From Candidatus Fervidifonticultor secundus (GTDB lineage: Bacteria; Sysuimicrobiota; Sysuimicrobiia; Sysuimicrobiales; Humicultoraceae), in the NCBI GenBank assembly GCA_031459385.1, contig JAVKIP010000026.1:1-30517 (forward strand): a stretch of 30,517 nt of DNA, read 5' to 3'. Position numbers and translations under genes: made by a program. The notes under the pieces are model-generated. The model searched no databases, was not told the origin of the DNA, and saw only the letters and a list, made by a program, of their open reading frames with translations. Numbering within the stretch: position 1 is the stretch's first letter; every line of letters starts with the position of its first letter. Below are positions 11,029 through 20,428 of this stretch, one piece after another.

Positions 11029-11822
11029 AAGCGCAGGGGGTGATCGTCCTCAAGACGCCCGACCAGATCGCACGGATGCGGGAGGCCGGGCGTCTGGCGG
11101 CCCGCGCGTTGCGCGAGGTGGCTGCCGCCGTCGCGCCTGGTGTGACGACCGGCGAACTCGAGCGCATCGCCGATGCCTTCATCCGCAGCGCAGGTGGTGT
11201 GCCGTCGTTCAAGGATTACCGGGGATTCCCGGCAAGCATCTGTACGTCGGTCAACGACGAGGTCGTACACGGCATCCCTAGCCCCCGGGTGCTCCGAGAG
11301 GGCGAGATCGTCTCGCTCGATCTGGGCGTGTACCTGCACGGCTTCCACGCCGACGTGGCGCAGACGGTCGCCGTCGGCCGGGTGGCGGAGTCGGCGCGCC
11401 GCCTCATCGAGACGGCGGAGCGGGCGCTGGCCCGCGGCGTGGCGCAGGCACGCCCGGGCGCGACGGTGGGCGATGTGGGGTGGGCGATCCAGACGATCAT
11501 CGAGGCCGCCGGGTGCTCGGCCGTGCGGGAGTTCGCCGGCCACGGCATCGGGCGGAACCTGCACGAAGAGCCCCAGGTGCCCAACGTGGGGCGACCGGGG
11601 ACCGGGCCGCGCCTGGCGGTGGGCATGACGCTGGCCATCGAGCCCATGGTTACGCTCGGAGGGCCTGAGGTGTTCATCGACGCCGACGGCTGGACGGTGC
11701 GGACACGCGACGGCTCGCTGGCCGCGCATGCGGAACACACCGTGGCCATCACGCGGGAGGGCCCCGCGATTCTGACGCTGGACGCTGACGCTGGACGCGA
11801 TGGCGCCGGCACCGTATACTAA
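11025..11822 (+). CDS. map: Methionine aminopeptidase type I
   Basis: SICTSVNDEVVHGIP, D..D metal ligands, GHGIG..LHEEP, AIEPM, AHAEHT; GTGA overlap with adk. Confidence 0.97.
   Translation: MKAQGVIVLKTPDQIARMREAGRLAARALREVAAAVAPGVTTGELERIADAFIRSAGGVPSFKDYRGFPASICTSVNDEVVHGIPSPRVLREGEIVSLDLGVYLHGFHADVAQTVAVGRVAESARRLIETAERALARGVAQARPGATVGDVGWAIQTIIEAAGCSAVREFAGHGIGRNLHEEPQVPNVGRPGTGPRLAVGMTLAIEPMVTLGGPEVFIDADGWTVRTRDGSLAAHAEHTVAITREGPAILTLDADAGRDGAGTVY
11792..11820 (+). promoter_or_regulatory. Candidate internal sigma-70 promoter upstream of KOW protein-infA-rpmJ-alpha genes
   Basis: TGGACG (11792-11797), 17 nt, TATACT (11815-11820). Confidence 0.45.
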
Positions 11823-11828
11823 TCGGTT

Positions 11829-12119
11829 GTGGATGGCGTGGGAAAGGTGCTGCCAGGGGAGCTCGTCGGGATGGTAGTGACGTCACGCGCCGGTCGCGAT
11901 GCGGGCGACCGCTACGTGGTGATCGGCACGGCCGGCGGCGACATGGTGCTGGTCGCCGACGGCCGGAAGCGGACGTGGGCGCGGCCCAAGCGCAAGAACG
12001 TCAAGCACCTGGTGGTGCACGGACCGGCCGTCTCGCTGGCTGACCGGCTGCGGCTGGGCGAGCGGGCGTCCGACGAGGAGCTGCGGCAGGTGCTGGCGAG
12101 CCCACAGGAGGGTGGATGA
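11829..12119 (+). CDS. KOW-motif RNA-binding protein (L14e/L6e/L27e-like)
   Basis: [25 protein letters not shown]...PKRKNVKHL; map-KOW-infA position; start uncertain (11829, 11838 or 11871). Confidence 0.85.
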   Translation: MDGVGKVLPGELVGMVVTSRAGRDAGDRYVVIGTAGGDMVLVADGRKRTWARPKRKNVKHLVVHGPAVSLADRLRLGERASDEELRQVLASPQEGG

Positions 12120-12334
12120 CGAAGCAGGACGCGATCGAGGTCGAGGGTACTGTCACCGAGGTGCTGCCGAATGCCATGTTCCGCGTCCAGCTGGCCAGCG
12201 GGCACAAGGTGCTAGCGCACATCTCGGGGAAGATGCGCATCCACTTCATCCGCATCCTGCCCGGCGATCGTGTGAAGGTGGAGCTCTCCCCCTACGATCC
12301 CACCCGGGGACGCATTACGTACCGGTACCGCTAG
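12116..12334 (+). CDS. infA: Translation initiation factor IF-1
   Basis: [40 protein letters not shown]. Confidence 0.99.
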   Translation: MTKQDAIEVEGTVTEVLPNAMFRVQLASGHKVLAHISGKMRIHFIRILPGDRVKVELSPYDPTRGRITYRYR

Positions 12335-12351
12335 CGCTGGAGGAGTGACCG

Positions 12352-12465
12352 ATGAAGGTTCGGGCGTCAGTGCGCCGCATGTGCGAGAAATGCAAGATCG
12401 TCAAGCGTGGGCGACGGGTGCTCGTCATCTGCGAGAACCCCAAGCACAAGCAGAAGCAGGGGTAG
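12352..12465 (+). CDS. rpmJ: 50S ribosomal protein L36 (too short for the ORF track)
   Basis: Read directly: [42 protein letters not shown] upstream. Confidence 0.98.
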   Translation: MKVRASVRRMCEKCKIVKRGRRVLVICENPKHKQKQG

Positions 12466-12474
12466 GAGGCCACC

Positions 12475-12870
12475 ATGGCACGCATCGCGGGCGTGGATCT
12501 GCCGCGGGACAAGCGCATCGAGGCGGCGTTGCCGTACATCTACGGGATCGGCCCCAGCCGGGCGCGCGCGATCTGCCGCGCCACCGGCGTCAACCCCGAC
12601 ACGCGGGTGCGCAGCCTGGCCGAGGACGAGGTGACGCGGCTGCGGGAGTTCATCGAGCGCCACTACAAAGTGGAGGGCGACCTGCGCCGGGAGGTGGCCA
12701 TGAACATCCGGCGGCTGATCGAGATCGGGTGCTACCGGGGCGTGCGGCACAAGCGCGGTCTGCCGGTCCGCGGCCAGCGGACCCGGACCAATGCCCGCAC
12801 CCGCAAGGGGCCCAAGAAGACCGTCGGCGTGCGCCGCAAGGCGGCCGCAGCGCCGGCGCCCAAGGCATAA
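12475..12870 (+). CDS. rpsM: 30S ribosomal protein S13
   Basis: [33 protein letters not shown]. Confidence 0.99.
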   Translation: MARIAGVDLPRDKRIEAALPYIYGIGPSRARAICRATGVNPDTRVRSLAEDEVTRLREFIERHYKVEGDLRREVAMNIRRLIEIGCYRGVRHKRGLPVRGQRTRTNARTRKGPKKTVGVRRKAAAAPAPKA

Positions 12871-12883
12871 CCGAGGAGCTGGC

Positions 12884-13273
12884 ATGGCCACCCGAACCGG
12901 CAAGGCACGCAGGCGCGAGCGCAAGAACGTCCCCGTGGGCGTGGTGCACATTCGCTCGAGCTTCAACAACACCATTGTGACCATCGCCGATCCCCGGGGA
13001 AACGTGGTGGCGTGGGCGAGCGCCGGCACCGTGGGCTTCAAGGGGTCCCGCAAGGGCACGCCCTTCGCCGCCAGCCTGGCCGCGGAGGCCGCGGCACGCA
13101 AGGCGATGGAGCACGGCGTGCGTCAGGTCGAGGTCCTCGTGCGCGGCCCCGGCGCCGGCCGCGAGGCGGCCATCCGGTCGCTCCAGGCGGCCGGCCTGGA
13201 CGTGAGCCTGATCCGGGATGTGACGCCGGTACCGCACAACGGGTGCCGCCCGCCGAAGCGGCGGCGCGTGTAG
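12884..13273 (+). CDS. rpsK: 30S ribosomal protein S11
   Basis: [50 protein letters not shown]. Confidence 0.99.
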   Translation: MATRTGKARRRERKNVPVGVVHIRSSFNNTIVTIADPRGNVVAWASAGTVGFKGSRKGTPFAASLAAEAAARKAMEHGVRQVEVLVRGPGAGREAAIRSLQAAGLDVSLIRDVTPVPHNGCRPPKRRRV

Positions 13274-13290
13274 GGGGCGAGGAGGCAGGC

Positions 13291-13914
13291 ATGGGACGGT
13301 ACACGGGGTCAGTCTGCCGGCTGTGCCGGCGCGAGGGCATGAAGCTCTACTTGAAGGGCGAGAAGTGCTACACGGAAAAGTGCCCGGTGCACAAGCGCCC
13401 CCAGCCCCCAGGGATGCACGGCGTCTCGCGGCGGAAGATGAGCGAGTTCGGCGTCCGGCTGCGGGAGAAGCAGAAGCTGCGCCGCATCTACGGCCTGCTC
13501 GAGACGCAGTTCAAGAACTACTTCGAGCGGGCGGCCACGGCCAAGGGCGTGACCGGCACCCGCCTGCTGCAGCTGCTGGAGACACGGCTCGACAACGTCG
13601 TCTACCGCCTGGGTTTCGCCGCCTCGCGCAAGGAGGCACGGCAGCTCGTCGCGCACGGCCATGTCGCCGTAGACGGGCGGCGCGTGACGATCCCCTCGTA
13701 CCAGGTGCGCCCCGGCCAGGTCGTGGCACCCAGCCAGCCCGCGGCGATGCCGCCCCGCATGAAGGAGCTGGCAACCATGCCCGGGCGGCGGCCGCCGTCG
13801 TGGCTGGAGTTCGACGCTGCGCGCCTGACGGGGCGGGTGCTGGCCCTGCCGGCCAGGGAAGAGATCGACGTTCCCGTACAGGAGCAACTGATCGTCGAGT
13901 ACTACTCGCGCTGA
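13291..13914 (+). CDS. rpsD: 30S ribosomal protein S4 (Cys-containing type)
   Basis: [52 protein letters not shown]. Confidence 0.98.
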   Translation: MGRYTGSVCRLCRREGMKLYLKGEKCYTEKCPVHKRPQPPGMHGVSRRKMSEFGVRLREKQKLRRIYGLLETQFKNYFERAATAKGVTGTRLLQLLETRLDNVVYRLGFAASRKEARQLVAHGHVAVDGRRVTIPSYQVRPGQVVAPSQPAAMPPRMKELATMPGRRPPSWLEFDAARLTGRVLALPAREEIDVPVQEQLIVEYYSR

Positions 13915-14013
13915 AGGCAGGTGGGGGGCCGCGGGGCGCCTGCCGACGACGCCCCGCGCTGGTCGGTTGCGGGCACTGGTGGGTCGGGTAGAGGATCAGG
14001 AGGCCTGAAGATC

Positions 14014-14976
14014 ATGAGTATCAGTACGCTGTGGGAGACGCCGACCCCCAAGGTCGAGTACGCTGAGCTGTCCGATACCTACGGGAAGTTCGTCGTCGAG
14101 CCGCTGGATCGCGGCTTCGGCGTCACGGTGGGCAACGCCCTGCGCCGCGTGCTCCTGTCGTCCATCTCGGGCGCGGCCGTCACGTCGGTCAAGATCGACG
14201 GCGTGCTGCACGAGTTCTCGACGATTCCCGGCGTCGTGGAGGATGTGACGCAGATCGTCCTCAACCTCAAGGAGCTGACGCTGCGCCTGTACACCGACAA
14301 GCCCAAGCTCCTCCGGCTGGACGTCCACGGCAAGAAGGAGGTCACGGCGGGGGACATCCAGCCCGACGCCGAGGTGGAGATCATCAACCCCACCCTGCAC
14401 CTGGCGACGCTCGACCGGCGGGATGCCCGGCTGGCGATGGAGATCGTGGTGGAGCGGGGGAAGGGTTACGTGCCCGCCGAGCGGCACCGCCGCAGCGAGC
14501 ACGTCATCGGCGTCATCCCCGTGGACTCCATCTTCTCGCCGGTTCGCAAGGTGAACTACACGGTGGAGGACACGCGGGTCGGGCACGCCACCGACCTGGA
14601 TCGCCTGGTCCTCGAGATCTGGACCGATGGGTCCGTGCGGCCGGAGGAGGCGCTCCAGGAGGCCTCCCGCATTTTGATCGACCACTTCCGGCTGTTCTCG
14701 GGGATCGCCGATGAGACCGGCGCCGGCGCGCCCTTCGGCGTCGCCGAGGACCCCGACAGGGTCCGCCTGCTGGCCATGCCCATCGAAGAACTCGACCTGT
14801 CGGTGCGCCCCTACAACTGCCTCAAGCGCGCCGGTATCCACACCGTGGGCGACCTGGTGAAGAAGACCGAGGACGAGATCGTCGCGGTGAAGAACTTCGG
14901 GCGAAAGTCGCTGGACGAAGTGAAGGAGAAGCTGGCGGCGCATGGCCTGACCCTGCGCCAGCCGCAGCAGTCGTAG
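14014..14976 (+). CDS. rpoA: RNA polymerase alpha subunit
   Basis: EPLDRGFGVTVGNALRRVLLSSI, LHEFSTIPGVVED, IEELDLSVRPYNCLKRAGI, NFGRKSL; AGGAGG before ATG 14014. Confidence 0.98.
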   Translation: MSISTLWETPTPKVEYAELSDTYGKFVVEPLDRGFGVTVGNALRRVLLSSISGAAVTSVKIDGVLHEFSTIPGVVEDVTQIVLNLKELTLRLYTDKPKLLRLDVHGKKEVTAGDIQPDAEVEIINPTLHLATLDRRDARLAMEIVVERGKGYVPAERHRRSEHVIGVIPVDSIFSPVRKVNYTVEDTRVGHATDLDRLVLEIWTDGSVRPEEALQEASRILIDHFRLFSGIADETGAGAPFGVAEDPDRVRLLAMPIEELDLSVRPYNCLKRAGIHTVGDLVKKTEDEIVAVKNFGRKSLDEVKEKLAAHGLTLRQPQQS

Positions 14977-14989
14977 GGAGCGGCGCGCG

Positions 14990-15343
14990 ATGGGACTGGG
15001 AGCCAAGCGGCGCAAGCTGGGACGCGACACCGGGGAGCGCCGGGCGTTGTTCCGGGACCTGGTGGGCGGCCTGATCCTGCACGAGCGGATCCGCACCACC
15101 GACGCCCGGGCCAAGGAGACCAAGAAGATCGCCGACAGCCTGATCGCCGCGGCCCTCGCCAACGACATGCACGCCCGCCGCCAGGTCCGCCGCTTCCTCA
15201 CCGATCCCAAGGTCGTCAAGCGGCTGTTCAGCGACATCGTGCCTCGCTATCAGGCCGGCCGCGGGGGGTACACGCGCGTGGTCAAGCTGGGCCCGCGGCG
15301 GGGCGACGGCGCGGAGATGGCGCTGGTCGAGCTGGTGAAGTAG
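14990..15343 (+). CDS. rplQ: 50S ribosomal protein L17
   Basis: KLGRDT, HERIRTT, RGGYTRVVKLGPRRGDGAEMALVELV; N-terminus reads MGLG instead of the usual MRH. Confidence 0.96.
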   Translation: MGLGAKRRKLGRDTGERRALFRDLVGGLILHERIRTTDARAKETKKIADSLIAAALANDMHARRQVRRFLTDPKVVKRLFSDIVPRYQAGRGGYTRVVKLGPRRGDGAEMALVELVK

Positions 15344-15351
15344 CCCGGCGC

Positions 15352-16218
15352 GTGCGCGAACCACTGCTCGAGGTCGCAGACCTCCGGTACGTCTACCATC
15401 CGCAGACCCCCCAGGCCGTCGTTGCCCTCGACGGCCTGTCGTGCGTGATCGGCCGGGGCGAGTACGTCGGCATCGTGGGCGGGAACGGCTCCGGCAAGTC
15501 CACGCTGGCCAAGCACTTCAACGCCCTGCTGGTGCCAACCGCGGGTACGGTGCGCGTGGGCGGGCTGGACACGCGGGACCGTCACGCCACCGCAGCCATC
15601 CGCCGCCGCGTCGGCATGGTCTTCCAGAACCCCGACAACCAGCTGGTCGCGACCGTGGTCGAGGAAGACGTGGCCTTCGGCCCGGAGAATCTGGGTCTCC
15701 CCCCGGCGGAGATCCGCCGGCGGGTGGACCAGGCGCTGGCCGCCGTGGGCATGACGCCCTACCGGCGCCACGCGCCGCATGCCCTCTCGGGCGGACAGAA
15801 GCAGCGGGTGGCCATCGCCGGCGTGCTGGCCATGCGCCCAGAGTGCGTGGTGCTGGACGAGCCCACGACGATGCTGGACCCGCTGGGGCGGGCGGATGTG
15901 CTGGCCGTGATCCGCGCTCTGCACCGCGAGCACGGCATCACGGTGGTCATGATCTCGCACGCGCTGGAGGACCTGGCCGATGCCGACCGGATTCTGGTCC
16001 TGGAGGCCGGGCGGCTCGTGCAGGAGGGGCCGCCGGCGGAGATCTTCGACCGCCTGGCCGCGCAGGCACGGGCCGGGCTGGACCCGCCGCCGTTGGCGCA
16101 GCTGGCCGCCTGGCTGCGCCTCGACGGTCTGCCCCTGCCGTCTGGCATCCACACCGAGGACCGGCTCGTCGCCGCGCTGACGGCGCTGCCCCGCGCCCGG
16201 TCTCCACGCGATGCCTGA
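15352..16218 (+). CDS. ecfA1: ECF transporter ATPase EcfA1
   Basis: GGNGSGKST, VFQNPDNQ, LSGGQKQRVAIAG, LDEPT; follows rplQ. Confidence 0.93.
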   Translation: MREPLLEVADLRYVYHPQTPQAVVALDGLSCVIGRGEYVGIVGGNGSGKSTLAKHFNALLVPTAGTVRVGGLDTRDRHATAAIRRRVGMVFQNPDNQLVATVVEEDVAFGPENLGLPPAEIRRRVDQALAAVGMTPYRRHAPHALSGGQKQRVAIAGVLAMRPECVVLDEPTTMLDPLGRADVLAVIRALHREHGITVVMISHALEDLADADRILVLEAGRLVQEGPPAEIFDRLAAQARAGLDPPPLAQLAAWLRLDGLPLPSGIHTEDRLVAALTALPRARSPRDA

Positions 16219-17083
16219 GCCGCTCATCGCCTGCGAAGAACTGCACTACACCTATCTGCGCGGGACGCCCATGGAGGCCGTGGCGCTGCGCGGCGTGTCC
16301 CTGCAGATCGCGGGGGGGGAGTTTGTGGCGATCCTGGGCCCGACGGGCTCGGGGAAGTCCACGTTGATCCAGCATTTCAACGGCCTGCTGCGGCCGACCG
16401 CAGGCCGCGTGGTCGTGGCTGGCCAGGACCTCTGGGCGCCGCGGGCCGACCGCCGCGCGGCGCGGCGCCTGGTGGGCCTGGTGTTCCAGTTCCCGGAGTA
16501 CCAGCTCTTCGAGGAGACCGTGCGCCAGGACGTGGCGTTCGGTCCGCGCAACCTCGGGTGGGGGCCAGAGGCGGTCGCGCACGCGGTCGACGATGCCCTG
16601 CACCTGGTCGGGCTCGCCCCGGAGCGGTTCGCTGACCGCTCCCCGTTCTCGCTGTCCGGCGGCGAGATGCGCCGGGTGGCGCTGGCGGGCGTTCTGGCCA
16701 TGCGGCCGGCGGTGCTGGTGCTCGACGAGCCGACCGCCGGGCTCGACGGGCAGGGACGGCGGGAGATCCGGCAAGTCCTGCGGGACCTCCATGCCCGCGG
16801 CCAGACCGTGATCCTGGTCACGCACCACATGGACGATGCCGCCGAGCTCGCGCAGCGCGTCCTGGTCCTGCACGAGGGTGCGGTGGTGCTGGCAGGGACG
16901 CCGCGCGAGGTGTTCGCGCACGAGGAGGAGCTGCGCCGTCTGGGGCTGGACCTGCCGCCGGCGGCGCGCCTGATCCGCCGCCTGCGCGCCCGTGGACTGC
17001 CCGTGGCTGATGCCCTCACGCTGCAGGACGCCCGGCGGGCCATTGCGGCGGCACTGGCAGGAGCCAGCAGTGGAGATCCGTAG
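16211..17083 (+). CDS. ecfA2: ECF transporter ATPase EcfA2
   Basis: GPTGSGKST, VFQFPEYQLFEETV, SPFSLSGGEMRRVA, LDEPTAGLD. Confidence 0.93.
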   Translation: MPEPLIACEELHYTYLRGTPMEAVALRGVSLQIAGGEFVAILGPTGSGKSTLIQHFNGLLRPTAGRVVVAGQDLWAPRADRRAARRLVGLVFQFPEYQLFEETVRQDVAFGPRNLGWGPEAVAHAVDDALHLVGLAPERFADRSPFSLSGGEMRRVALAGVLAMRPAVLVLDEPTAGLDGQGRREIRQVLRDLHARGQTVILVTHHMDDAAELAQRVLVLHEGAVVLAGTPREVFAHEEELRRLGLDLPPAARLIRRLRARGLPVADALTLQDARRAIAAALAGASSGDP

Positions 17084-17876
17084 CGCGGTCCCGCTCGGGC
17101 AGTACGTCCCGCGGGACTCCGCGCTCCACCGGCTCGACCCGCGGACCAAGATCCTGGCGGTGGGGGCCCTGTCGGTGGCGCTGTTCGCGACGGGCTCGTT
17201 CGCGGGGCTCGTGGCGTTCGGCACGGCCCTGGTGGCGCTCCTGGTGGTGGGGCAGATCCCGCTGGGCTTCGCGACGCGCGGGCTGCGGCCGCTCGCGTTC
17301 CTCCTGCCGCTCACGGTGGTGCTCAACGCGTTCTTTACCGGCGGCGAGGAAACGACCCCGGTCGTGACGCTGGGCCCGCTGGTGGCCACGGCCGAAGGGC
17401 TCCGCGCCGGCGCGTTCGCCGCCGGGCGCCTGCTGCTCCTGGTCGGGCTCGCGTCGCTGTTGACGTTCACCACGTCGTCGGTCGAGCTGGCCGACGGGAT
17501 CGAATGGTTGCTGCGGCCACTGCGGCGGGTGGGCGTGCCCGGGCACGAGCTGGCCATGATGACGACCATCGCGCTGCGCTTCATTCCCACGCTGCTGGAG
17601 GAGACCGAACGGATCCTGAAGGCGCAGACCGCGCGGGGCGCGGAGTTCGGCGAGGGCCACCTCCTGCGCCGCGCGCAGGCGCTGGTCCCGGTGATGGTCC
17701 CGCTGCTGCTCAGCGCCTTCCGGCGGTCGGAGGAACTGGCGCTGGCCATGGAGGCCAGGTGCTACATGGCCGGCGCGCCCCGGACCCGCATGCGCGAGCT
17801 GCGCTGGCGCGTGGCCGACGCCGTGGCGGGGGCGCTGGTGCTCGCCGGCGCCGCGCTCCTGGCGCGCCTGACGTAG
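17070..17876 (+). CDS. ecfT: ECF transporter transmembrane component EcfT
   Basis: GQYVPRDSALHRLDPRTK, IALRFIPTL, AQTARG and AMEARCY (two ARG-type motifs); GTG 17070. Confidence 0.93.
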   Translation: MEIRSAVPLGQYVPRDSALHRLDPRTKILAVGALSVALFATGSFAGLVAFGTALVALLVVGQIPLGFATRGLRPLAFLLPLTVVLNAFFTGGEETTPVVTLGPLVATAEGLRAGAFAAGRLLLLVGLASLLTFTTSSVELADGIEWLLRPLRRVGVPGHELAMMTTIALRFIPTLLEETERILKAQTARGAEFGEGHLLRRAQALVPVMVPLLLSAFRRSEELALAMEARCYMAGAPRTRMRELRWRVADAVAGALVLAGAALLARLT

Positions 17877-17884
17877 GAGGGCGC

Positions 17885-18697
17885 GTGCGCACGCTGCGCC
17901 TGATCGTGGAGTACGACGGGGCCGGGTACGCCGGCTGGCAGCGTCAGCCGGCCGTGCCGTCGGTGCAGGCTGCACTCGAGCGGGCGGCGAGCCGCCTCTT
18001 CGACGCGCCCACGCGGGTCACGGGCGCCGGACGGACCGACGCCGGCGTGCACGCGTTGGGGCAGGTGGCCCATCTCGTCACCGAGAGCGGGCTGCCGGTC
18101 GAGCGGATCCGGGCCGGGCTCAACGCTCTGTTGCCCCCGGATATCGTCGTGCGGGCCGTCGACGAGGCACCCCCGGGATTCCACGCCCGCCGCGACGCCC
18201 GCTGGCGGGTCTACGGCTACCTGGTGCTGGCGCGCCCGCTCCCCTCGGCGGTGCTGCACCGCTACGCGCATCACGTTCCAGAGCCGCTCGACGTGGACGC
18301 CATGCGGGCTGCCGCGGCCGGCCTGATGGGCCGCCACGACTTCGCGGCCTTTCGCGTCGGCGGGACGGCCACCAGGACCACCGAGTGCACCGTGGTCGAG
18401 CTGACGGTCGTGCGTCACGGCTCGTTCGTGGTGTTTGCGGTGGTCGCCGACCGCTTTCTCCGGCAAATGGTCCGACGCATGGTGGCCACGCTGCTCTGCG
18501 TCGGGCGCGGCGCGCTGCCGGTGCGCGCGGTCGGTGCGCTCCTGGCCGCACGCGACCCGGCGCGGGTCCCGCCTGCTGCGCCCCCGGGCGGACTCTACCT
18601 GCTGGGCGTGTCGTACGCACGGGCGCATCCGGGCACGGGGCTCGCCGGCACCCCGCCGGGCGGCGATCCGCCACGGGGCGCGGGGCCGATGCTATAA
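17885..18697 (+). CDS. truA: tRNA pseudouridine(38-40) synthase
   Basis: YDGAGYAGWQRQ, GAGRTDAGVHALGQV, FHAR, GRHDF, FLRQMVR, PPGGLYL; AGGAGG before GTG 17885. Confidence 0.97.
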   Translation: MRTLRLIVEYDGAGYAGWQRQPAVPSVQAALERAASRLFDAPTRVTGAGRTDAGVHALGQVAHLVTESGLPVERIRAGLNALLPPDIVVRAVDEAPPGFHARRDARWRVYGYLVLARPLPSAVLHRYAHHVPEPLDVDAMRAAAAGLMGRHDFAAFRVGGTATRTTECTVVELTVVRHGSFVVFAVVADRFLRQMVRRMVATLLCVGRGALPVRAVGALLAARDPARVPPAAPPGGLYLLGVSYARAHPGTGLAGTPPGGDPPRGAGPML

Positions 18698-18698
18698 T
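18690..18698 (+). promoter_or_regulatory. Extended -10 promoter for tRNA(CAT)-ireB-murA
   Basis: TGCTATAAT ending 8 nt before the tRNA 5' end; contains the truA TAA stop. Confidence 0.7.
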
Positions 18699-18706
18699 CG
18701 TCCCGC

Positions 18707-18782
18707 GGGCCCGTAGCTCAAGTGGTAGAGCAGCGCCCTCATAAGGCGCCGGTTCCTGGATCGAAGCCAGGCGGGCCCACCA
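18707..18782 (+). tRNA. tRNA with CAT anticodon (probably Ile2, otherwise elongator Met; not initiator)
   Basis: Cloverleaf: acceptor GGGCCCG/CGGGCCC, D stem GCTC/GAGC, anticodon arm GCGCC-CTCATAA-GGCGC, T stem CCTGG/CCAGG, encoded CCA. G1-C72 is paired and the anticodon stem lacks three consecutive G-C pairs; C4:G69 favours Ile2. Confidence 0.92.
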
Positions 18783-18851
18783 CTGGGGTACAGCCGTCCC
18801 GGAGGACCGGCGGGGCGACTTCGACACCGGGCAAAGCCGGAGGTGAGTGGG

Positions 18852-19124
18852 GTGGAGGAGCGGGAGCGCACCGGGGTCTTCCGGGGCGGCGGCACCACGC
18901 GGCACGACACCCAGGAGGTTCTGCTCTACGTCTACCGGGCCCTGGAGGAGCGCGGCTACAATCCGGTCGAGCAGATCGTCGGGTATCTCCTGTCGGGCGA
19001 TCCGACCTACATCACGAGCCACGGCGACGCGCGCAAGGTGATCCGGCAGGTGGACCGGCTCGCCCTGCTGGAGGAGCTGGTCAAGGCCTACGTGGACCAC
19101 CGGCTGCGCGCGCCCACCCCCTAG
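18852..19124 (+). CDS. ireB: IreB/ReoM family regulatory phosphoprotein (UPF0297/DUF965)
   Basis: [35 protein letters not shown]...LLEELVKAY family signature; GGAGGT SD favours GTG 18852, which puts Thr at residue 7. Confidence 0.92.
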   Translation: MEERERTGVFRGGGTTRHDTQEVLLYVYRALEERGYNPVEQIVGYLLSGDPTYITSHGDARKVIRQVDRLALLEELVKAYVDHRLRAPTP

Positions 19125-19156
19125 CAGCCGACGCCGCAGACCGCAGGAGGGGCCTG

Positions 19157-20428
19157 GTGGACAAACTGGTGATCACCGGCGGCCGCCGGCTGCGCGGCAC
19201 GGTGAAGGTGGCGGGCGGCAAGAACAGCTCGCTGGCGGTGCTGGCGGCGGCGGCGCTCGCCGGCGACATCTCGACGCTCGAGAACGTCCCCCATTGCCGT
19301 GACGTCCTGACGCTGGTCGAGATCCTCGAGGCCCTGGGCGCCCGCATCACCTTCCGCGGCGGGCGGCTCACCCTGGATGCCCGCTCCCTCACGACCCACA
19401 TCGCGCCCTACGAGCTCTGCCGCAGCATGCGCGCGTCATTCTACACGGCGGGCGTGCTGCTCGGGCGGCTGGCCCGGGCGCAAGTGCCCCTGCCGGGCGG
19501 CTGTTCGATCGGCGCCAGGCCGGTGGACTTCCACATGCGGGGCTTCGCGGCGCTGGGCGCGCGGGTCACGACCGAGCACGGCTACATGAAGGCGACGGCC
19601 CGGCGGCTGAAGGGGACGGCGTTCTACGTGCCCCGCAGCAGCGTGGGCACCACCATCAACCTCATGATGGCCGCCAGCACTGCCCAGGGGACGACCGTGC
19701 TGCAGAACGCGGCCCGCGAGCCCGAGGTCGTGGACACGGCGGTCTTCCTAAACCTGATGGGTGCCCGGATCAAGGGGGCTGGCACCCATGCCATCACCAT
19801 CGAGGGCGTCAGGACCTTACATGGCGCGGCCTACTCGATCATCCCCGATCGGCTGGAGGCGGGTACGTACCTGCTGGCCGGCGCAGCCACCGGCGGCGAC
19901 GTGCTCGTCGAAGGGATGATTCCCGAGCACGTCACCGCCCTGCTGACCAAACTGGAGGAGGCGGGTGTCGAGGTGGCGGTCAACACCGAGGGCGTGCGGG
20001 TCCGCGCGTCGGGCGAGCTGCGCCCCGTGGACGTGGACACCGCCCCCTACCCGGGCTTTGCCACCGACCTGCACCCGCAGATGGTCGCGCTCCTCACTCA
20101 GGCCCGCGGGACGTCCACGGTTCGCGAGCGGATCTTCGAAGCTCGCTTCGCCTATACGGACGAACTGCGCCGCATGGGCGCGGACATCCGCGTCGAGGGC
20201 GAGAACGTCCACGTCACCGGCCCGACGCGGCTGTCGGGCGCGCCGGTGGAGGCTCCCGACATCCGCGGGGGCGCCGCGGTGGTGATCGCCGCGCTGGCGG
20301 CCGAGGGCGACACGGAGATCACCAGAGTTGAGAACCTGGACCGCGGGTACGAAGCGCTCGAGCAGAAGCTGGCGGCACTGGGCGCCAGAGTCATCCGGGG
20401 TGCGGCGCAGGCCCGCGAGGTCGGTTGA
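19157..20428 (+). CDS. murA: UDP-N-acetylglucosamine 1-carboxyvinyltransferase
   Basis: [24 protein letters not shown] (catalytic Cys), [42 protein letters not shown] before GTG 19157. Confidence 0.96.
   Translation: MDKLVITGGRRLRGTVKVAGGKNSSLAVLAAAALAGDISTLENVPHCRDVLTLVEILEALGARITFRGGRLTLDARSLTTHIAPYELCRSMRASFYTAGVLLGRLARAQVPLPGGCSIGARPVDFHMRGFAALGARVTTEHGYMKATARRLKGTAFYVPRSSVGTTINLMMAASTAQGTTVLQNAAREPEVVDTAVFLNLMGARIKGAGTHAITIEGVRTLHGAAYSIIPDRLEAGTYLLAGAATGGDVLVEGMIPEHVTALLTKLEEAGVEVAVNTEGVRVRASGELRPVDVDTAPYPGFATDLHPQMVALLTQARGTSTVRERIFEARFAYTDELRRMGADIRVEGENVHVTGPTRLSGAPVEAPDIRGGAAVVIAALAAEGDTEITRVENLDRGYEALEQKLAALGARVIRGAAQAREVG

Noticed and set aside
5578..13914. Cys-rich L24, S14, L36 and S4
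   Set aside because: Known Zn-binding (C+) forms in many bacteria; descriptive only
276..19100. Many long antisense and alternate-frame ORFs (e.g. 5530-7773 minus, 9108-10487 minus, 15947-17749 minus)
   Set aside because: They shadow well-conserved genes and are the expected stop-poor frames of high-GC3 coding DNA
18722..19156. N-terminal extension of the 568-aa MurA ORF
   Set aside because: It crosses the tRNA and ireB; MurA homology and an SD both point to GTG 19157
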